From Balanoglossus misakiensis (Eukaryota > Animalia > Hemichordata): a stretch of DNA of 64,000 nucleotides. How positions within the stretch are numbered: position 1 is the stretch's first letter; each line of letters opens with the position of its first letter. Both the position numbers and the translations under genes were made by a program. The notes under the pieces were generated by a model. It did not search any database, was not told the DNA's origin, and saw nothing but the letters and a program-made list of their open reading frames with translations. The stretch spans positions 372,001-436,000 of the forward strand of contig CM082597.2 of NCBI GenBank assembly GCA_040954595.2, written 5' to 3'. This document shows positions 1 through 14,860 of this stretch, in pieces.

Positions 1-2820
1 GTATTGCAAAATTTTCTGTTTGATGGGTAACCATGGTATGTCTGTCATTTTGATGAAATCCCTACCATCTGGTCCATGTTTCATATTTCACAGTGTTAGT
101 AAACCGGTCAGGTTTGATCAATTTGTGTTTGTCTAGACTTCATCAACAACACACTTTAAACACATCCTTTGTCAAGTTGTGATTCATGTCGTGCTTCAGC
201 TTATCTTCATGGATTTTTAAAGCTGAACAATTGATGAATATGACCAGAAATATTGAATGATGTGTTGTAACATTGGGATGCAAGTGACATTGGGACTAAA
301 ATTGAGTGACCACAGAGTGACCAGGACAAATGGGACCACAGGAACACCTGTTAACTCATCTCCATAACAACAAGGTCAATTCACACCACAGAAATTTTGT
401 GAAAATAAGTTCCCATAGCAACAAAAGTGTGGACACACAGACCATAACCGGCCATGTGTGTAGCATTGCAGAGTAAACCAGCAGCAACCAACAGGTGTCA
501 ATGGCAAATAGTTTAACATGACCTTTGACATCTCCAACACTTGTTACCTTAGTAACAGTGGTATACTACACAAAGCTGAGTTGCGAGATTGATAAGACAA
601 GGTTGAGATGAAGCTAAGCTATTCACTATTGTGTTATATTTTATGATATGTTAAAAAGTTTACGATTTTTGCTGAGAGTACTATAACTTCCGACAAGGTT
701 AATTGTCAAGTTCGGATGAGATGAACGAAATCTGGATTTACACTCAACAATGTTGATTGCAGCTTCACATTCCAAATTCAAAGTGCATATACATCGTTTT
801 TACATCCACTCAGTGTCAGTAGATATGGTGTTATGTATGGATACATGTTGTGTAATGATGAACAGATCGCAGACATAATTACACTGTGACAAATTCAATT
901 GCATCTCAGATTGCAAGACTAATCAATATGCAATAAGTAAGACAATGCAGTGATCAGTGATTCAAACAAAGTTATACTCTGTATAAACTAGTCTTCATCG
1001 GCAAAAGTGTCAAAGTTAATCCTGAAAAACATCGGCCAATCTCTATTAGAACTATTTCCTTTCTGACTCATGAGAAGTGGATAAAAGTTTGAAAAGAACA
1101 CTTGATGAATGAGATTGTATATTGTGATGTAAAAATCTTTATGTTCTGATCAAGACAAACAAAGTATCTGGGATGTGATTAACTACTTCTTTCTTCACTG
1201 AGCTGATTTTCAACACCAAGGAAGTTAATATTCTTAAACAAACTCTCAAGATGGATTACTAGTTGTCATAGAAACAATCACCTCTATTGTGACAGCTTTG
1301 GAGGAACAGAGAATTGGTTGAAAAGGTTTAGTGATGTAATGATAGGATTGGCTAGATCCCTTTTTGATTATTTTAGGAAATGAGAAAGACAGGTTTACAT
1401 GCCACTGGTTCTGTTCATCAATAGTGTTCAAATCAAGATGTTTACATAGACTCTCAATAAACCAATTACATGTGGAGGACCAATACACAACTGAAGTTGT
1501 ATGGCTTCGTCTGTAGACTCTAAATGAATACAGTTGCAGTCTTGTTGTAAGATGGCGAGTAATCACAATTCACAGAGCTGGAGCAGGAAGATTAAACTTG
1601 ACACATACAGCTTGTTATTTGGAGAGAAAATGTCTGACTTTCCGTATATCTGAAGAACCTCGGACACCTCTGTAAACCAAACAATTTCACCAGTCCCATT
1701 GGTGTCCGGTTTTACTATACATTTGTCCCCAAGACAGAGGAAGAGCTTTGAAGTAGCAACCAATGATAGTTTTGTTAAACACTGTGATTGAATTCTAGTC
1801 AAGTCAGTCACAGTCCAGGCCACCTCAGCTGTGCCTAATAAATCAACCTGTCCTGTCTATACTTTGTAACTTAATCAGCTATGAAATAGGACTGCCATGT
1901 GGGGAATTGACACAGACACTGAAATTGAGGGTATCCATCACAATGGTACAAGTGACAAGGTCATATGCAGTCAACAAATTCAAGTTCAACTCATTACATT
2001 GACCCCCATGAGGTCACATTTCAATCAGGATTCAATTTTGCATCTCGACACTGATTCTAAAGTTGCAGACATTATGTACTGCCTGGCTGCTTGGTTGGTC
2101 TGTCTGCCAACACAAGTCAGACCCAATTAACCACCATCTATTTCACTCCAAATTGTCTTTTGAATTTACTTCTGCCAGTATATACATATGATCAGTTTGC
2201 TACATGTTGTATTCAACTTTGAGTTTCATTCATATGCTTACATGTAGGTGTGTCATTATATGGGTGACTGAGATTCATTCTCTTGTTTAATACAAATATT
2301 TTGATTTCAAGCATTTTTATAAAAGCCAGGAGTGTTGTCATGACAATGACCTTAGCTGAGAACTCGGACATAAGTCCATCAACACTCCACAGCACACCAA
2401 TATCTACCAACCAAGCTAACAAATACAAATCATATGTTATCATGACCTTCCTGAACACTCTCAGCAGTTCGATTCGAACCTCATCCTGTTTTAATTGGAT
2501 CCGTTTGCGTTGATAACACCACACACAGACACCTCTGTTCATTTAGACCCCTCTCTTCACAAAACCCAAACTTGTTGTCTTTCAAAACAGGAAACTTCTC
2601 CACTCTCACAATTGGCACCAGTATTTGCTGATTACAGATAAGAGTGTGTGTAGATCATATCATAGTCAGACTCTAGCTGCCACACCACAAACAACTCAAG
2701 AATTTCCCCGGTAATCTATCATGAATTACAAGTACCTATGTTATTATGGTAACATTCTTAGGAGACACACAGAGAGATCACACCTCTCCAGGCCAGTGCA
2801 AGGCTGTCGTCATTTTCCAA

Positions 2821-2858
2821 TGATTTATATTTCCATCTGATTTATATTTCCATCTGAT
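2821..2858. repeat. 17-bp tandem duplication
   Basis: (TGATTTATATTTCCATC)x2 followed by TGAT. Confidence 0.9.
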
Positions 2859-5800
2859 CATTCCTGGCGTAACTCTATGATGTGTGTTTTCCCGGATTTC
2901 GAATTTTCCTTGGCAATTAAGCCACATGACAACCAATGGGACGGAAGGAAGGTGCATATTTTCTCTGAACTTCCGATGACTTCAAATGTTGAGCTGGATT
3001 GTTGCCAGACATATCCATCTGTACTGTAGCCTACATACTGATTCCCAGTCTGGTCCCAAGTCCTATTTCCTATTTGACATCGCAGACTATGATCTGAAAT
3101 ATTTCCCCCTGTGCAACCATGTTTATACCAGTTGAAATAAAGCAGAAGACATTAGAGATCTGTCTAATATATTTTAATCCTTGTTTAAGTTTCCTATTTT
3201 TGGCTAACATTAACCCACGGTCCTGCACAGGTAAAACTAAAAGTTCTTATATTTTGTACCGCTTGGACTGATTGGTTACTTTTAGCTTACAGCTCAACGT
3301 TTAGCCAATGAAACTCTTGCTTTATGACACTCAAGTACAAATTTACAACAGATGTTCAGACATGGCATTGAATGCAGCAGCCATGATGTCTATAAGTTTG
3401 TAGACTTGTTGTAGTTGATGTGAGAATTGAAGAGAAAGCAATCTTATTGTAACTTGAGTTAAAATCGCCTCTGGCTCTGTAAACAAAATCACTTCAGCAT
3501 TTAAAGACTGCCTATCACTTCAACAAAGAAAATCTTTCTCACAAAAAAACTGTGTGTCTCTGAATTACTTGAACTGTAGAAAAGGTTAAACAAGGAACCA
3601 TAATAATTGGACTGAGACAGGTTGGCACCAAATGTAGTGAGGTTTACTTTAGACAATTTATATCTTCACAGGTGTTGAAGTTGCTCAAAATAACAACTAT
3701 TTCAGACCACTGACAGACTTAGGTCTGAGTATGGATGGGGTCTTGGACCGGTCTAAAATTGCATGGACTTGTGGGACTGGTCCTGGTATCCAGAGCTCAG
3801 ATTTCATATTATGAATTTCAATAATAACATTTTATTTAACTAACAGCCTGCAACTCCAACTTTAGTTAACAGGTTTAATGGTATGTTTGTGTTTATTAAG
3901 ATTATTTTCATGGTAACAAAATCCATTTCTTGAGAATACTATCATCATTATCTTCTCAAAACATCCTCCCACATTTATGAAAACATAACCACAACCTAAT
4001 TTAAAATCGAAGATTGTGACTAGCAGGTTCCTTGGATACAAAGTAAAAATTTAATAAACAGACAATTATGTTTGGCAGTGTTTGAGAGATTTATTTTGAC
4101 GGCATAGCTGAGATAACTCTTGTCAAATGAGATAGGCTATTCTTGACAAACTTCAGACAGCTGGACAAACATGACTTCAATATACAATGATTATCAAAGT
4201 AATTCTTTGCTTAGCTGATTCAGCAAACGTTTTCACAGACAGACTTTTTCAGCTGTTTCATAGACTTTTAATTATGATTGGAGTGGCTTTCACTGTACAT
4301 TCTCTGGATTCTGACAGAATTTTATCAAGTAATAACTAATTAAGTTTTTATCAGTGTCTATTTATACTGATTTGGAATTTGCAAAAAGTAAAGATAAATA
4401 TATGATAAAATTGGAAATATTGTATCATCAATATTGGCAAAACTTTGTCAGGACTTAAATAATCTCATTACAACACAAGATTGTCCCTGAATCAGAGTAG
4501 GCGAAAAGCGTAACTGCTACAACGTACAAGAGAAGGAAGAGCCCCTCATGTCCACAGGTAAAACTTTAGATTACATCCGTAAATGAAGATTGTGTGAATG
4601 AATAAAATAAAATAAGTCGACTACATCAATGGACCAAACACTGAAACCTCACCAGAGCAGAACATTCAGCTAGTCAAGCAAATCAACCCTTCAGGTAAAA
4701 ATGGATCTGCATCCGTCTACCTACACTCTCTGACAATCCACTCCTACATACCTACGTCATATCCTTTACCTATGTGTGGTGTATACCGGTGTACATGTAC
4801 TATACTGTCATCCTAACTGTGTCATTAATCCACAGGTAAACTGTGATTATTCATGTGATCTAGCTAATTTCATAGACGAACAGTAAAGTAAACATTGCTT
4901 TGTACTTTCTGTGTGATCATTTTTCTCCATGCTCAATTTTTTTAAAACTCTTACATGTACAATATTGAGTTCAGAATATGATACAATCTTTAATAAAGTC
5001 AGGCATTTCGAGACTTTGTACTGGTCGAGATTGTAGACAAGATTTGACTTCACATATGTTGCATTGTTATCAACTCAACAGATTTATTAATGACCACGGC
5101 TATTATCCGATTCACTTTATCTAAGATGGATACACTTCACTAAACTTACAGGAACCGAGGTATTAGGTTGCTACATATCTCAGGAAATTGACACACCTAC
5201 CATGAAATTGACACTCAGTCGATGAAATGAACAAAACGAAGTAGCAACACTTTTCAAAAGTCAACATTTCCTGAACCTCTGAACAGAGTCAGTGAAATGG
5301 ACAAATATTAGTTCATTCCCAGGAAATTAATTTTCTTCACTGAGAAAATTGACACAATTTGTATAAAAACTGACACAGAGTAGCAATTTCCACTACAGTG
5401 TATCCACTTTATGGTAAACAGTACAACTGTAGCAATTTTAGTGCCAGATCATTACTTCAAATGAATTATTTCGCGTAAAGATTATGTCCAATCCATTATT
5501 TTCAATTTACTGAAAGTCATCTGCTGTATTTAAAATTTACATTTCATTTCATCAAAATCGTACTGAGCCATGCTTTATTTTACCTGAACATTTTCATATC
5601 AAGGGGCAGACAGGACATCCTATTTAATTACACAACCACTATCAGTAAACGAAAATAACCTGGCAAGCTATATAAACTTTATTTTAAGAATTGACCCAAC
5701 AGGAAATGATAGTCAATTCAGGGCCACTTGACACCTACTTCCGAAGTTTATCTTATCTTCAAAATAGGGACCATAACCACACAAAGTGACCAGTATGGGG

Positions 5801-6557
5801 GTTGTATCACTCGAAACTGTCCATAGTAACAGTATAACAAGTACCAGGGCAGGTATATTCAAAATCTAGAGTTTTTCCGACCATAGCTCCAGGGTCTATG
5901 CTCTAACTCATTAATCTCTCTTTCCCACCTTGGTAAATCTTGCAAAGACAACAAATCTCTTGTAAACCCAAGTGCATCTGTATTTTTTCCCTTAAAATGC
6001 AATTGTTTGCTTAAGATTTAAAACATACAACATAGTTCAGTTGAGTTGTGAGTTTTGCCTGCCCAATTATCGCAGTCCAAACACTGAGAATGTTTTCACA
6101 CAGGCCAATCAACACTGCTTCATACACACTTCATATTTTTTAATGATTTGTACACATGTACTGGAGACTGCTATTGACTGACCTTGGAAATATAGTCTGG
6201 GGTTTCTTGACCGTCAAAAATACAGCCGAGAAAAGGCTGAATACATGAACATGGTACTTTGGATAATTGTAAAATCAATTGCTATTGGACCATTGGTTTT
6301 AGTAATACAATATCAGATATTTGTCGTGTCTCAGTATTTGCAAAATTCCATATAAATGCCAGTGCCATTATTAAAAACAATGGTCATACATATACACGAT
6401 GTATTGAGCATATCAGTCTCACTAGTTGTTTAGCCCATATGTATATCATGCAGTTTATAATACAGCTTGTAGCAACCGCAGATAAGTGTCAAAAGGGTTT
6501 GATCATGATGAAATTGATCAAATTTGACATTTTCCTCCTTAATAACATGACCCCCTA

Positions 6558-6616
6558 GCCTCTTTGTTTTGAAAACATCACGCCTTCAGTGGCCTCTTTG
6601 TTTAATAAACATCGCG
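6558..6616. repeat. Imperfect 34-bp-spaced direct duplication
   Basis: GCCTCTTTGTTT...AAACATC(A/G)CG occurs twice. Confidence 0.7.
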
Positions 6617-9509
6617 AGATTACATACACCTGAATGCATCATCAAACCTCTCATAACCACTTATCACTTTCTTGTTTTTGTTTTTGTACCTCATTTGTTG
6701 CTAAATGTAAGTAAATTGTAACTAGACTAAGGACAATGTCACTACATTGTATCTACAATGAAAACAATGTTACAAGTATCTTCTATAGCTATGTAACAAG
6801 TTTTCCTAGTGCATGTTATATGTAACAATATTTACAACAAAGTAGATAATAAGTAACAATTCAGACAATTTAGTTAATATGTATAACAAATTATACAATG
6901 TAACAAGAGAAAACAAAACAACAGGGAGTATTGGCCACTATCTTATCAATGTAAACTAGATTTATCTTTGAATTCAGATCATTATCAGTGCGATCATCTT
7001 TGCTTCTCAACAGCTGATTAACCTACATCAGAGTTGAAGATAGCTGAGAGTATTTTACTATCAAGTCAACAGTTGCACACTAACGCCATCACATCTATAA
7101 CATTCCATTTGTTTCATGCAGACCTCATAATTGTCACGGTGGTCTGTGAATAAAACTACTGTTAAAATGATTCAGTAAAATATCACGTCTGCAGGTCATT
7201 TTGTCTTTGTCATCCAAGGCTTCTCATCCATCCTGTTCATTCCATGACTTATTGACAACCCTTCCCCTAATACACCATCAACCCACCATCACAGACAGAA
7301 GACTACTGTCTATGTCGCAATGCAGTACCAGGACTAGCCTAGAATCCAGACTTGTCTGTTTTTTCACTATGCTCCATGCAATTCACTGATCATTGACTAA
7401 ATATCGGCACAACTCAGACATAAAATGTAACTTCAGTAGCGCTTCGATACATGCAATAATTTTTACAGCAGATCATTTCCTCGATAATAAAACTTTGTGA
7501 GTAGTTCGATTTTCCCTCCCTCTGAACAATTTTCCAGGACATTTTTTTACTTATTTATTCAGATGAACTCAAACCACAGTAGAAATGTTTGTTACAAAGC
7601 AACCAGTCTACAAAGTTTAAGAATCTTTTAAGTCTATTGAGACTCTATCTTGCAACTCTTCCACAAAGAAAATTTATTATTACATTTCGAAGAATAAATC
7701 ATAGTTGGCTGTCTCCAAAATAGTGATAAATATTTCAGCCATTTTCACTTACATACCATCACATGAAAAAGTCTGCGAAATCCATAATACTCATTTTACC
7801 GGTGGTTCAAAGGTCATTAAACTGACAGACTTCAGGCGACAATATGCCCATTGAAAAAATGTACCATAAAATAGTTTAACTGAACTTAATCCAAATTTCA
7901 GAGTCTCTCTGTTTTTTTGTAGTAAGCCGTGAAGTCACTATGGTTGGTTCCTGTGACACAAATTGACATAGTTGTGATTCCCCAACCATGACTAAGACGT
8001 CAGAGTCTTTTCCTCATTGAGAATTCCACTACAACAGGTATTTCCATGTCAGGCAGTATTTCCATGACAGGGGGGCCAATTGCTGTGTTCTAACACCTTA
8101 CGACAATGCACCAATCACAAAAACCAAAAGCTGTGAAAATATTTGTCCGGGGCATATTTTGTGTTTCTTTGTCGGTACCTATATCTGGCCGACTACCCCT
8201 GCACTGCCCATTTAGTGGTGTAATCCTATATGCTATTGTATGGATCAATCCATCAACTAGACAGGAAGAAGGGAGTGGTGGATTGTTATTTTGAGTGTTA
8301 CACGAAACTGACCCCGTTTTCAAAAATTTATTTCTACCGCCAAACGTGAAAAGAAATCTTCATCCTGCAGGATATCTTGCATATTTTTGTAAGAGCCACA
8401 AACCTCAAATATTCTATCAAGTCAGAGTCATGTTACACTCCATACACGATCAGCACAAATAATTCACCTGATCTAGGTATAGTTGAGCAAAAAAGCCAAA
8501 ATAAGTCCAGTACAAATACAGCAAATTTTGGGGGCATTTCTCTGTATACATCTCAGTATCAGATCAATGATTGAGTTTGTATTAGAATCAGACAGAAGAA
8601 GGCACCTTTTGTGGGCAGTACAAGAGGGGTTGCTATGGAAACCACTAGGTCATTTTAGAGTACTATATCAGGGATTGAACAGGTGAAGTGCAAGGTCAAC
8701 ACAGCAGTCGACTTTTGAGTTATTAAGACCAACCACTTGGGACTTTGGCATTGTAACACTGGCGTCTGTACGTTTCCAGTCGGTGAATATTCACTGGAGT
8801 TAATATCAGAGGATTTCAATGGAGTTTATCAGTGATCCACGACTCAGATGTGCGCAATGATTTATAGTTTTGTAAGGAAACACAGCTTGTGTCCGACAGA
8901 CACATCAAGGCCCCACAGATAGATCTGATATATACCTTTCTCTGATAGAATCCTTTTCACACAACAGTTTCCAACAACACATCTTTTACTGTTGTCATCA
9001 ATAATTATTATCTACATTACAATTTACGTGCAGGTCAGATAAATGCCAACAGATGGCCAACCATCGGAGAAAAGACTTATAATTTTCTGTCAAAATTGTC
9101 CTGAAAAATGAGCGTCTTTTGTTGGCAAAAACAGAAAAGGCTTCTTATTTTTGGCGAAAATAATCGATTTTAGGAAATTTATAAACAGTTGCCTTCCAAT
9201 TTGATGTCGGTGCGGTGAACAGTTGGGTCAATCAATGAACTTCAGAGTTGTTTACATTTTCACAGTTATTGGGTTATTGTTCAGTACAATGTGTATTGTT
9301 AAAGCTTTTGTTAAGCCGAGGTTTGTTGGAGACATACAGCAGGGGGCAACTTTTCGTTTAGATGAGGGTGGAATTATATCAACACAATAACAAGTCACCA
9401 GCTACAATGTGAAAATAGGTAACAGTGCATGACATTTATTCTTACGCTGTCGACTCTTTTGTCAATCAATCTTACTTTCCCACCACACGTTTTCAAAAAA
9501 CATGTCCAC

Positions 9510-9675
9510 TCACATTTTTCTGAACTTTGGCAAATTTTCACAAAACCTTCCAAATTTTGTATAAATATGATTGATTTTGGATTAAAAGTCATGACTATTC
9601 AACAAATGTCTTAAAAATACTCAAAAATTATGAAAAATTTAGGAAAATGAGGGTGAAATTCAGAAAATGATGTGA
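9510..9675. repeat. Degenerate fold-back (inverted) repeat, possible old MITE
   Basis: TCACATTTTTCTGAA...TTCCAAATTTTGTATAA pairs imperfectly with TTATGAAAAATTTAGGAA...TTCAGAAAATGATGTGA. Confidence 0.35.
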
Positions 9676-10129
9676 ACTATCAATGCAAGTCAGGCGTGAG
9701 CTATCTCACCCACCATGTATGTGATGTGTGTGAGAGTATACATACACTTCTGGCTGACCAACTTCAGTGTATGCAACCCTGATGAGTTCTACAGATACCA
9801 GTGTTGATTCTACGCACTGACCGAAAGATGAAACAGTAATCTGTACTATTTTGCCATTTATGTGACACTTCTGCAGTATACAATAAACTCTCCGTAAAGT
9901 CAAGCATAACCAACTTCTGTGTGTGTGGTTTGCCCTTGTCTTGTCTCATGTCACGTCTTATCTATCCTGAATGATCCGTCATGCAATAACAAATAATATC
10001 CTTTTGCTCCTTGGATTATCTGTTTTATCTCATCACTCACTGTCACAGAATGATCCATTTAAATTCAGTGAAATAAAATAATTGAATGTTTTTTGTTTTC
10101 ATCTTTTCTTTTTCTTTGAGCTTGATCAA

Positions 10130-10164
10130 AGGAAAATATGGTGGTCCAGGAAAATATGGTGGTC
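10130..10164. repeat. 18-bp tandem duplication
   Basis: AGGAAAATATGGTGGTCC followed by AGGAAAATATGGTGGTC. Confidence 0.9.
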
Positions 10165-11565
10165 TAGACATTCATGCTCTGTGAAACCAGTGCATGCTGC
10201 TTTAATGTATGAAAAGAAATGTTAATGTGAAGCTATCTATCATTTTTATGTACTTTTTACCCTTTGTATTCAACGATATTGAGTCCAAATATAGCCAGCC
10301 ATCTAACTAGACCATTTCACCTAAAGCGTTAGATATTTATAGCAATGCAATCACTTTAGCAGGTTGTGTTGGGACACACACACACATGCCACCCTGGTAT
10401 TAGTTAATGCTGGATGAATTGGGACACGGAACACACTTCCCTCGACAACTTGCTACTAGAAAGTCATTTAATTTCATACTACTGGCGGTTCAACTTTATT
10501 CCTCAGACAGTAACACTTCATTCTGCAGCGAAATTAACAAAATCAAAAATAGCTGATCCCCAAATAACTCACTGATGCAAAGTTTAATGTAATCATGACA
10601 AAATACCCTGGACAGTAAGGGGCCAATTGTCGCTCGCAGTGGAAACTTAATCATCAAGTTTGTAATTATTAAATTACATATTTGTGGAGACCACAAAATA
10701 GAGAGACAGATTTGGATTGTATGTCTGTATTCCCTTGGAGGCATTCTTCATTCTATCCTGAAGGGTCGGAAAGTCTGTTTAGCAGAAAACGACTCGGAAG
10801 CAAATCAAGGGATTTTTGGCCAGTTACTTCTTGACAGAGATGTGAGCTCTGTGCAAGGGAAGTTTTTTTCAGACTCCATCCTTTGTCAACAAATGATGGT
10901 AGAATTGAAAAGTATTCCACTTCTCCAAACTTTCACCCTTGCAGCACAGTGGGCGCGCTTATTCCCAGGGACAAATCCTCGAAGCCAGGCCCACCATCTG
11001 TTGCAACATAGATGGTTGCAGAGTATTCACCAAATGTAGAACTCGACTTAAACCAAGCTGAGATGCGAATCATTTAATACATGACACTCAGAATAACTGT
11101 CTTCAGAGATTCGACCACAAGGGGACCTGTATCATCCATCATCAATCCATCATCTGACGATGCAATACTCAACTTTGCACAAATGCTTGCATGTCATACT
11201 GATGTGGGGCCCACTTGGCAACTATGTATATTCCTTCAGAATGTCACTTACTGTCAAGTACTCACTGTACAGTTTACATTACTGCTATATCTTAAATACA
11301 TACAAAGTAAATTGCAGTCAACGCTGATAGAATGCAGAATTTTTTACCTCCACTGTGTCAACAAGAAAGTAAACGATTACATCTCTTACGCGAACGCTTA
11401 CTTTCATTTTTCAGTGAGAAAAAGTCACTTTTATTTGCAATTTTACCTCAAAGTGTGATGATGACAAATCATTTGACTGTTTGAACCTGAAATATCTGTC
11501 TGTACTCAGCGGTCGCAGTCTTCGCGCAAAACCACACAAACCAACAGTTAACTTTTATCACTTAC

Positions 11566-11623
11566 CAGTCAAGATTAGCAGGCAAAGAACACTTCCCGAG
11601 AGATAATTCCAATTGAAATCCAT
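11566..11623 (-). CDS. Candidate alternative first coding exon encoding a signal-peptide-like leader, MDFNWNYLSGSVLCLLILT/G
   Basis: Minus strand: ATGG at 11623, 19 codons ending in hydrophobic VLCLLILT, then near-consensus donor CTG|GTAAGT (phase 1, same as the 50.2 kb exon). CpG is locally retained on both sides (11505-11530, 11695-11950). Too short to appear in the ORF track. Confidence 0.55.
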
Positions 11624-11689
11624 TTGGATTGCGTTCTGCTCAGTTGATAAAATCCATATGTAAAGTAGCCACAATCAAACAGTCATTGG

Positions 11690-12135
11690 CAATTACTGCG
11701 CTATCTGCACCAGCCAAGTGCTAACAGACTGATCGTCCCGTTTTTAATGATGTACAGAAGAGGAGAGTTGTCAGCGCAAGGTTTTAACCACTTGAATGAA
11801 GTGAGTGGCTGTACGTTCAATGCTTAGTCATCTGTTATCACCACAAGCCACTTTGTATGCAAATGGGTTACTCGCTGTCGCCACACAGATGTCTACAATT
11901 GGCTGAGAATCAGACGGCATTCTGGGCCTACAGGAATTTCGCACTGTGCGATAACACCAACTGCAGTTATCAAAACATGAATTACTCGATAAATTTCTTG
12001 AAGGCCAAGTAGCTGCCAAGTTTGGATCACTTCCTTCAAGACGTTGGTAACCAACTTGATTTTTATTAGGATTTTATTTACTTAATAAACTCTCACCAAA
12101 GTAGCCTATTGCCTGCATTGCATTCTGGGAAACTT
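11690..12135 (-). promoter_or_regulatory. Putative promoter of the 11.6 kb leader exon
   Basis: Inr-like TCAGTC on the minus strand (11727-11732), CCAAT (ATTGG near 11897), ZNF143/Staf-like TGCATTCTGGGAAA (12119-12132) and local CpG retention. Confidence 0.35.
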
Positions 12136-13315
12136 CATGATTGCCATAGCGACACATCAAGGTGCAGTCACACGAAGCAGTTACTGTAATGAACACAGTA
12201 TTTCCAGTCTAATTGTAGCTTCATGGTCTATTAAAAATTAAAACTTTGACGATGATTTAAGAGATATAATGATAGTTATTAGTCTAATTCCTCAATTAGC
12301 CACTGAAAACAGAATTTGTGTCACATTATTTTCAATTTTTTACAGAAACAACAACATTAATTTCAGAGCTTTTGTCCAAGACAGAAGATATAAATGTCAA
12401 GGTTTAAATAAATCGTGCAGTTAATTGTAACATAAATTTTTCATTTTGAACCATTTGGAAACTAGTTCTTATCTGAACTGAAACACATTTAAAAGGCAAT
12501 ATTTGACAGGTTCCGTTGCAAACTTCTGCCAAACTCTGTGTATATTTTACATCCTTCTTTAATTTAAACATTTGACTAGATTTACTACCGCAGGGCCTAT
12601 TTACAATCTGACAGAGCCATAACTCTGATCCTTTCTCTGAAATGTCTCAAATGTTCACTGCACAGACTTTAGAACATTGATGCTTTCTACTTCTATTGTA
12701 CAAACTGAGCAATTGACTGTTTGAATATTTCCGAAAATAACCAACATTTTTTTCTTGAAATATAGAACCAGATTTGCGCCATGTCACAGTAGATGAACAG
12801 AAAGACTCATGTTATGGGTGTCTAACTATAATCTGCCCAAGTCTGTCACAGATCACGTACTACTTTCGTGAATTCCTAACTGAAAATCTCAAGTAAAACA
12901 TTTTTGTTAAAAGTAGCAAAGAGTTTTGTTGCTGGCAATTCATGCAGAACCTCACAGCACTGTTATTTCACAGTCGTTGTACAGTCGAAATATTTCAGAT
13001 TGATAGAAATTCTTGTTGGTTCAAAAGACCAGGTGTTCATTTTCTCTACAAACCTCTCTCTCTCTGACCATTCATTTCTTGTGCGAGAACGTTTTTTATT
13101 TGAAGTAACACGTACCATTACTTTCTAAAATGTAATAATTTAAAAGCCAATACTGAAACACCATTTCCAAACTTGATAAGATGAAATGATCGTGGAATTG
13201 CATGATGCAAACCTTAGGTGGCAACCACAAACTCTGATATCAAGTTGTTTTGTTTCCACAGTTGGAAGTTTGTTTTGATGAAATCTGAAATGTGACCCAA
13301 GTATTGTATACAATG

Positions 13316-13603
13316 ACTGTAAACAATTTAAGTTTTAGGTGTTTGGAACTGTCGCAAGATTAGCCCTTAAAGCCGATTAACTTTGACCATGGTCATTCGA
13401 GTGTTGAAAAGTGACCTCCGTCCTGCTTTCAACTGATCACTTTTTATAAATCGCCAACATTCAGTGATGTGTCAAGTTTACAACACTGAAAATGACAGGA
13501 CTTTAGTGTACAATAGAATGTTATTCAGAGAGAACGTGAAAATTAATTGTCCCGGAAGAGTCCACGAAAATTTCCTGTCGTGAAAATTTCCCAGTTTACA
13601 GTA
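13316..13603. mobile_element. Degenerate MITE remnant with ACTGTAAAC/GTTTACAGT termini
   Basis: 9-bp terminal inverted match. The right end, CACGAAAATTTCC..CGTGAAAATTTCCCAGTTTACAGTA, resembles TA-flanked non-autonomous DNA elements. The left arm is decayed. Confidence 0.35.
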
Positions 13604-14860
13604 GATGTCACATCCTAATATGTCAATGAGAAAATCCATGGCTAAAAGTGAAAACACCTGTTTGAGAGCATGAAGGATACAGTTTTGTTAGTGACATGCT
13701 TTGACAATACTGCTCGCGGTTAGATTTTTAACCTTATTAATATGCAAATGTAGGAAGTCATTATGGCATGGTCAATAAAGGTTAATATCGCCCTGGGGAG
13801 TAATCAATTTGTTGTTGAAATTTACAATACACTGGCTACATGTTACTCTATTTAGTAATTGAAAAATCACCTTGCTTGACAAAGTCAATAAGTTTTGTGC
13901 AATTTTATGAAGTTTTTATATTAATTTGTTTGCAAAGTTTACCCCCACACAGTAAACCTGACAAGCAGATGTTGGTCTCCAATCACAAACTGAAATGCCA
14001 GTCAATTATTGATGGAACAGTAACCTTGGTGAGAAAATATACTACGCTAGGCACAATCAAGGCAGCACACAGCGAATTTCTAACAGAACGTCTGGTGAAA
14101 ATTGGCCGAAGTTGACTGAAAATATAGAAAAAAGGTTTATTTGCTTTCTGGGAGTTGACAAAAACTAAGCAGAAGAAACAAAACACCTTCAAAAATTTTA
14201 CTTTTTGGATACACACTTTACATAAAATATCAATTACATATGAATCATGAGGTCTTTTAATTTTTTTGATATTTGATTCTTTGGAGAGAAATAAATATGT
14301 ACAATGCTGACTGGGTAACAGGTGGGGGAGATGACCTTTTTTCTCAGATCTGAAAGCAAAGCTTATCTCAATAAAAGTGGCTGAAACTTGTCCTCCCATT
14401 GTTATTGGTAAATGAACAACAGTATCTATTTTATAGCCGGTCATTACAAGCGATACAAGATGGCGGACAAACAAAATGGCCGACAAAAAAGACGTCCGAC
14501 AAAGACACTGATGCCATTACATGATGACAGAGTTGTTCGACACAAAGACATTGTACAAGAGACATCAATCCACATTTGAATTCTTTTGTGAAGATTTAAT
14601 TGCTGTGTTTTATGTTTTCCTTTGCTGCAATGATAGTTTATATTGCCACGGAACACAACAAAGGAGTTATCTCTGATCATACTCTGATACTAGAAATAGT
14701 AACAATTGAAACTTTACAATTTCAGAGTTCCTTTACCAGAGAGGGATTGTGATTGGTTCATTTACTACACACAGACCACTATCTTAATTTCATTCTATGA
14801 TGATGGTATCACAACAGAAAAATGAAATTACATGAAGAGGAAAGAGAAGTATTGGAAACC

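Noticed and set aside
1246-2542. Apparently chained minus-strand ORFs (106, 86 and 109 aa) resembling an operon
   Set aside because: No RBS, some non-ATG starts, no recognisable domains and a eukaryotic context.
9709-9870. Possible exon CTGCAG|AAGTGT...TGG|GTGAGA downstream of the 11.6 kb leader
   Set aside because: Entered in phase 1 it hits TGA. The open frame is phase 0 to 2, and its peptide is unrecognisable.
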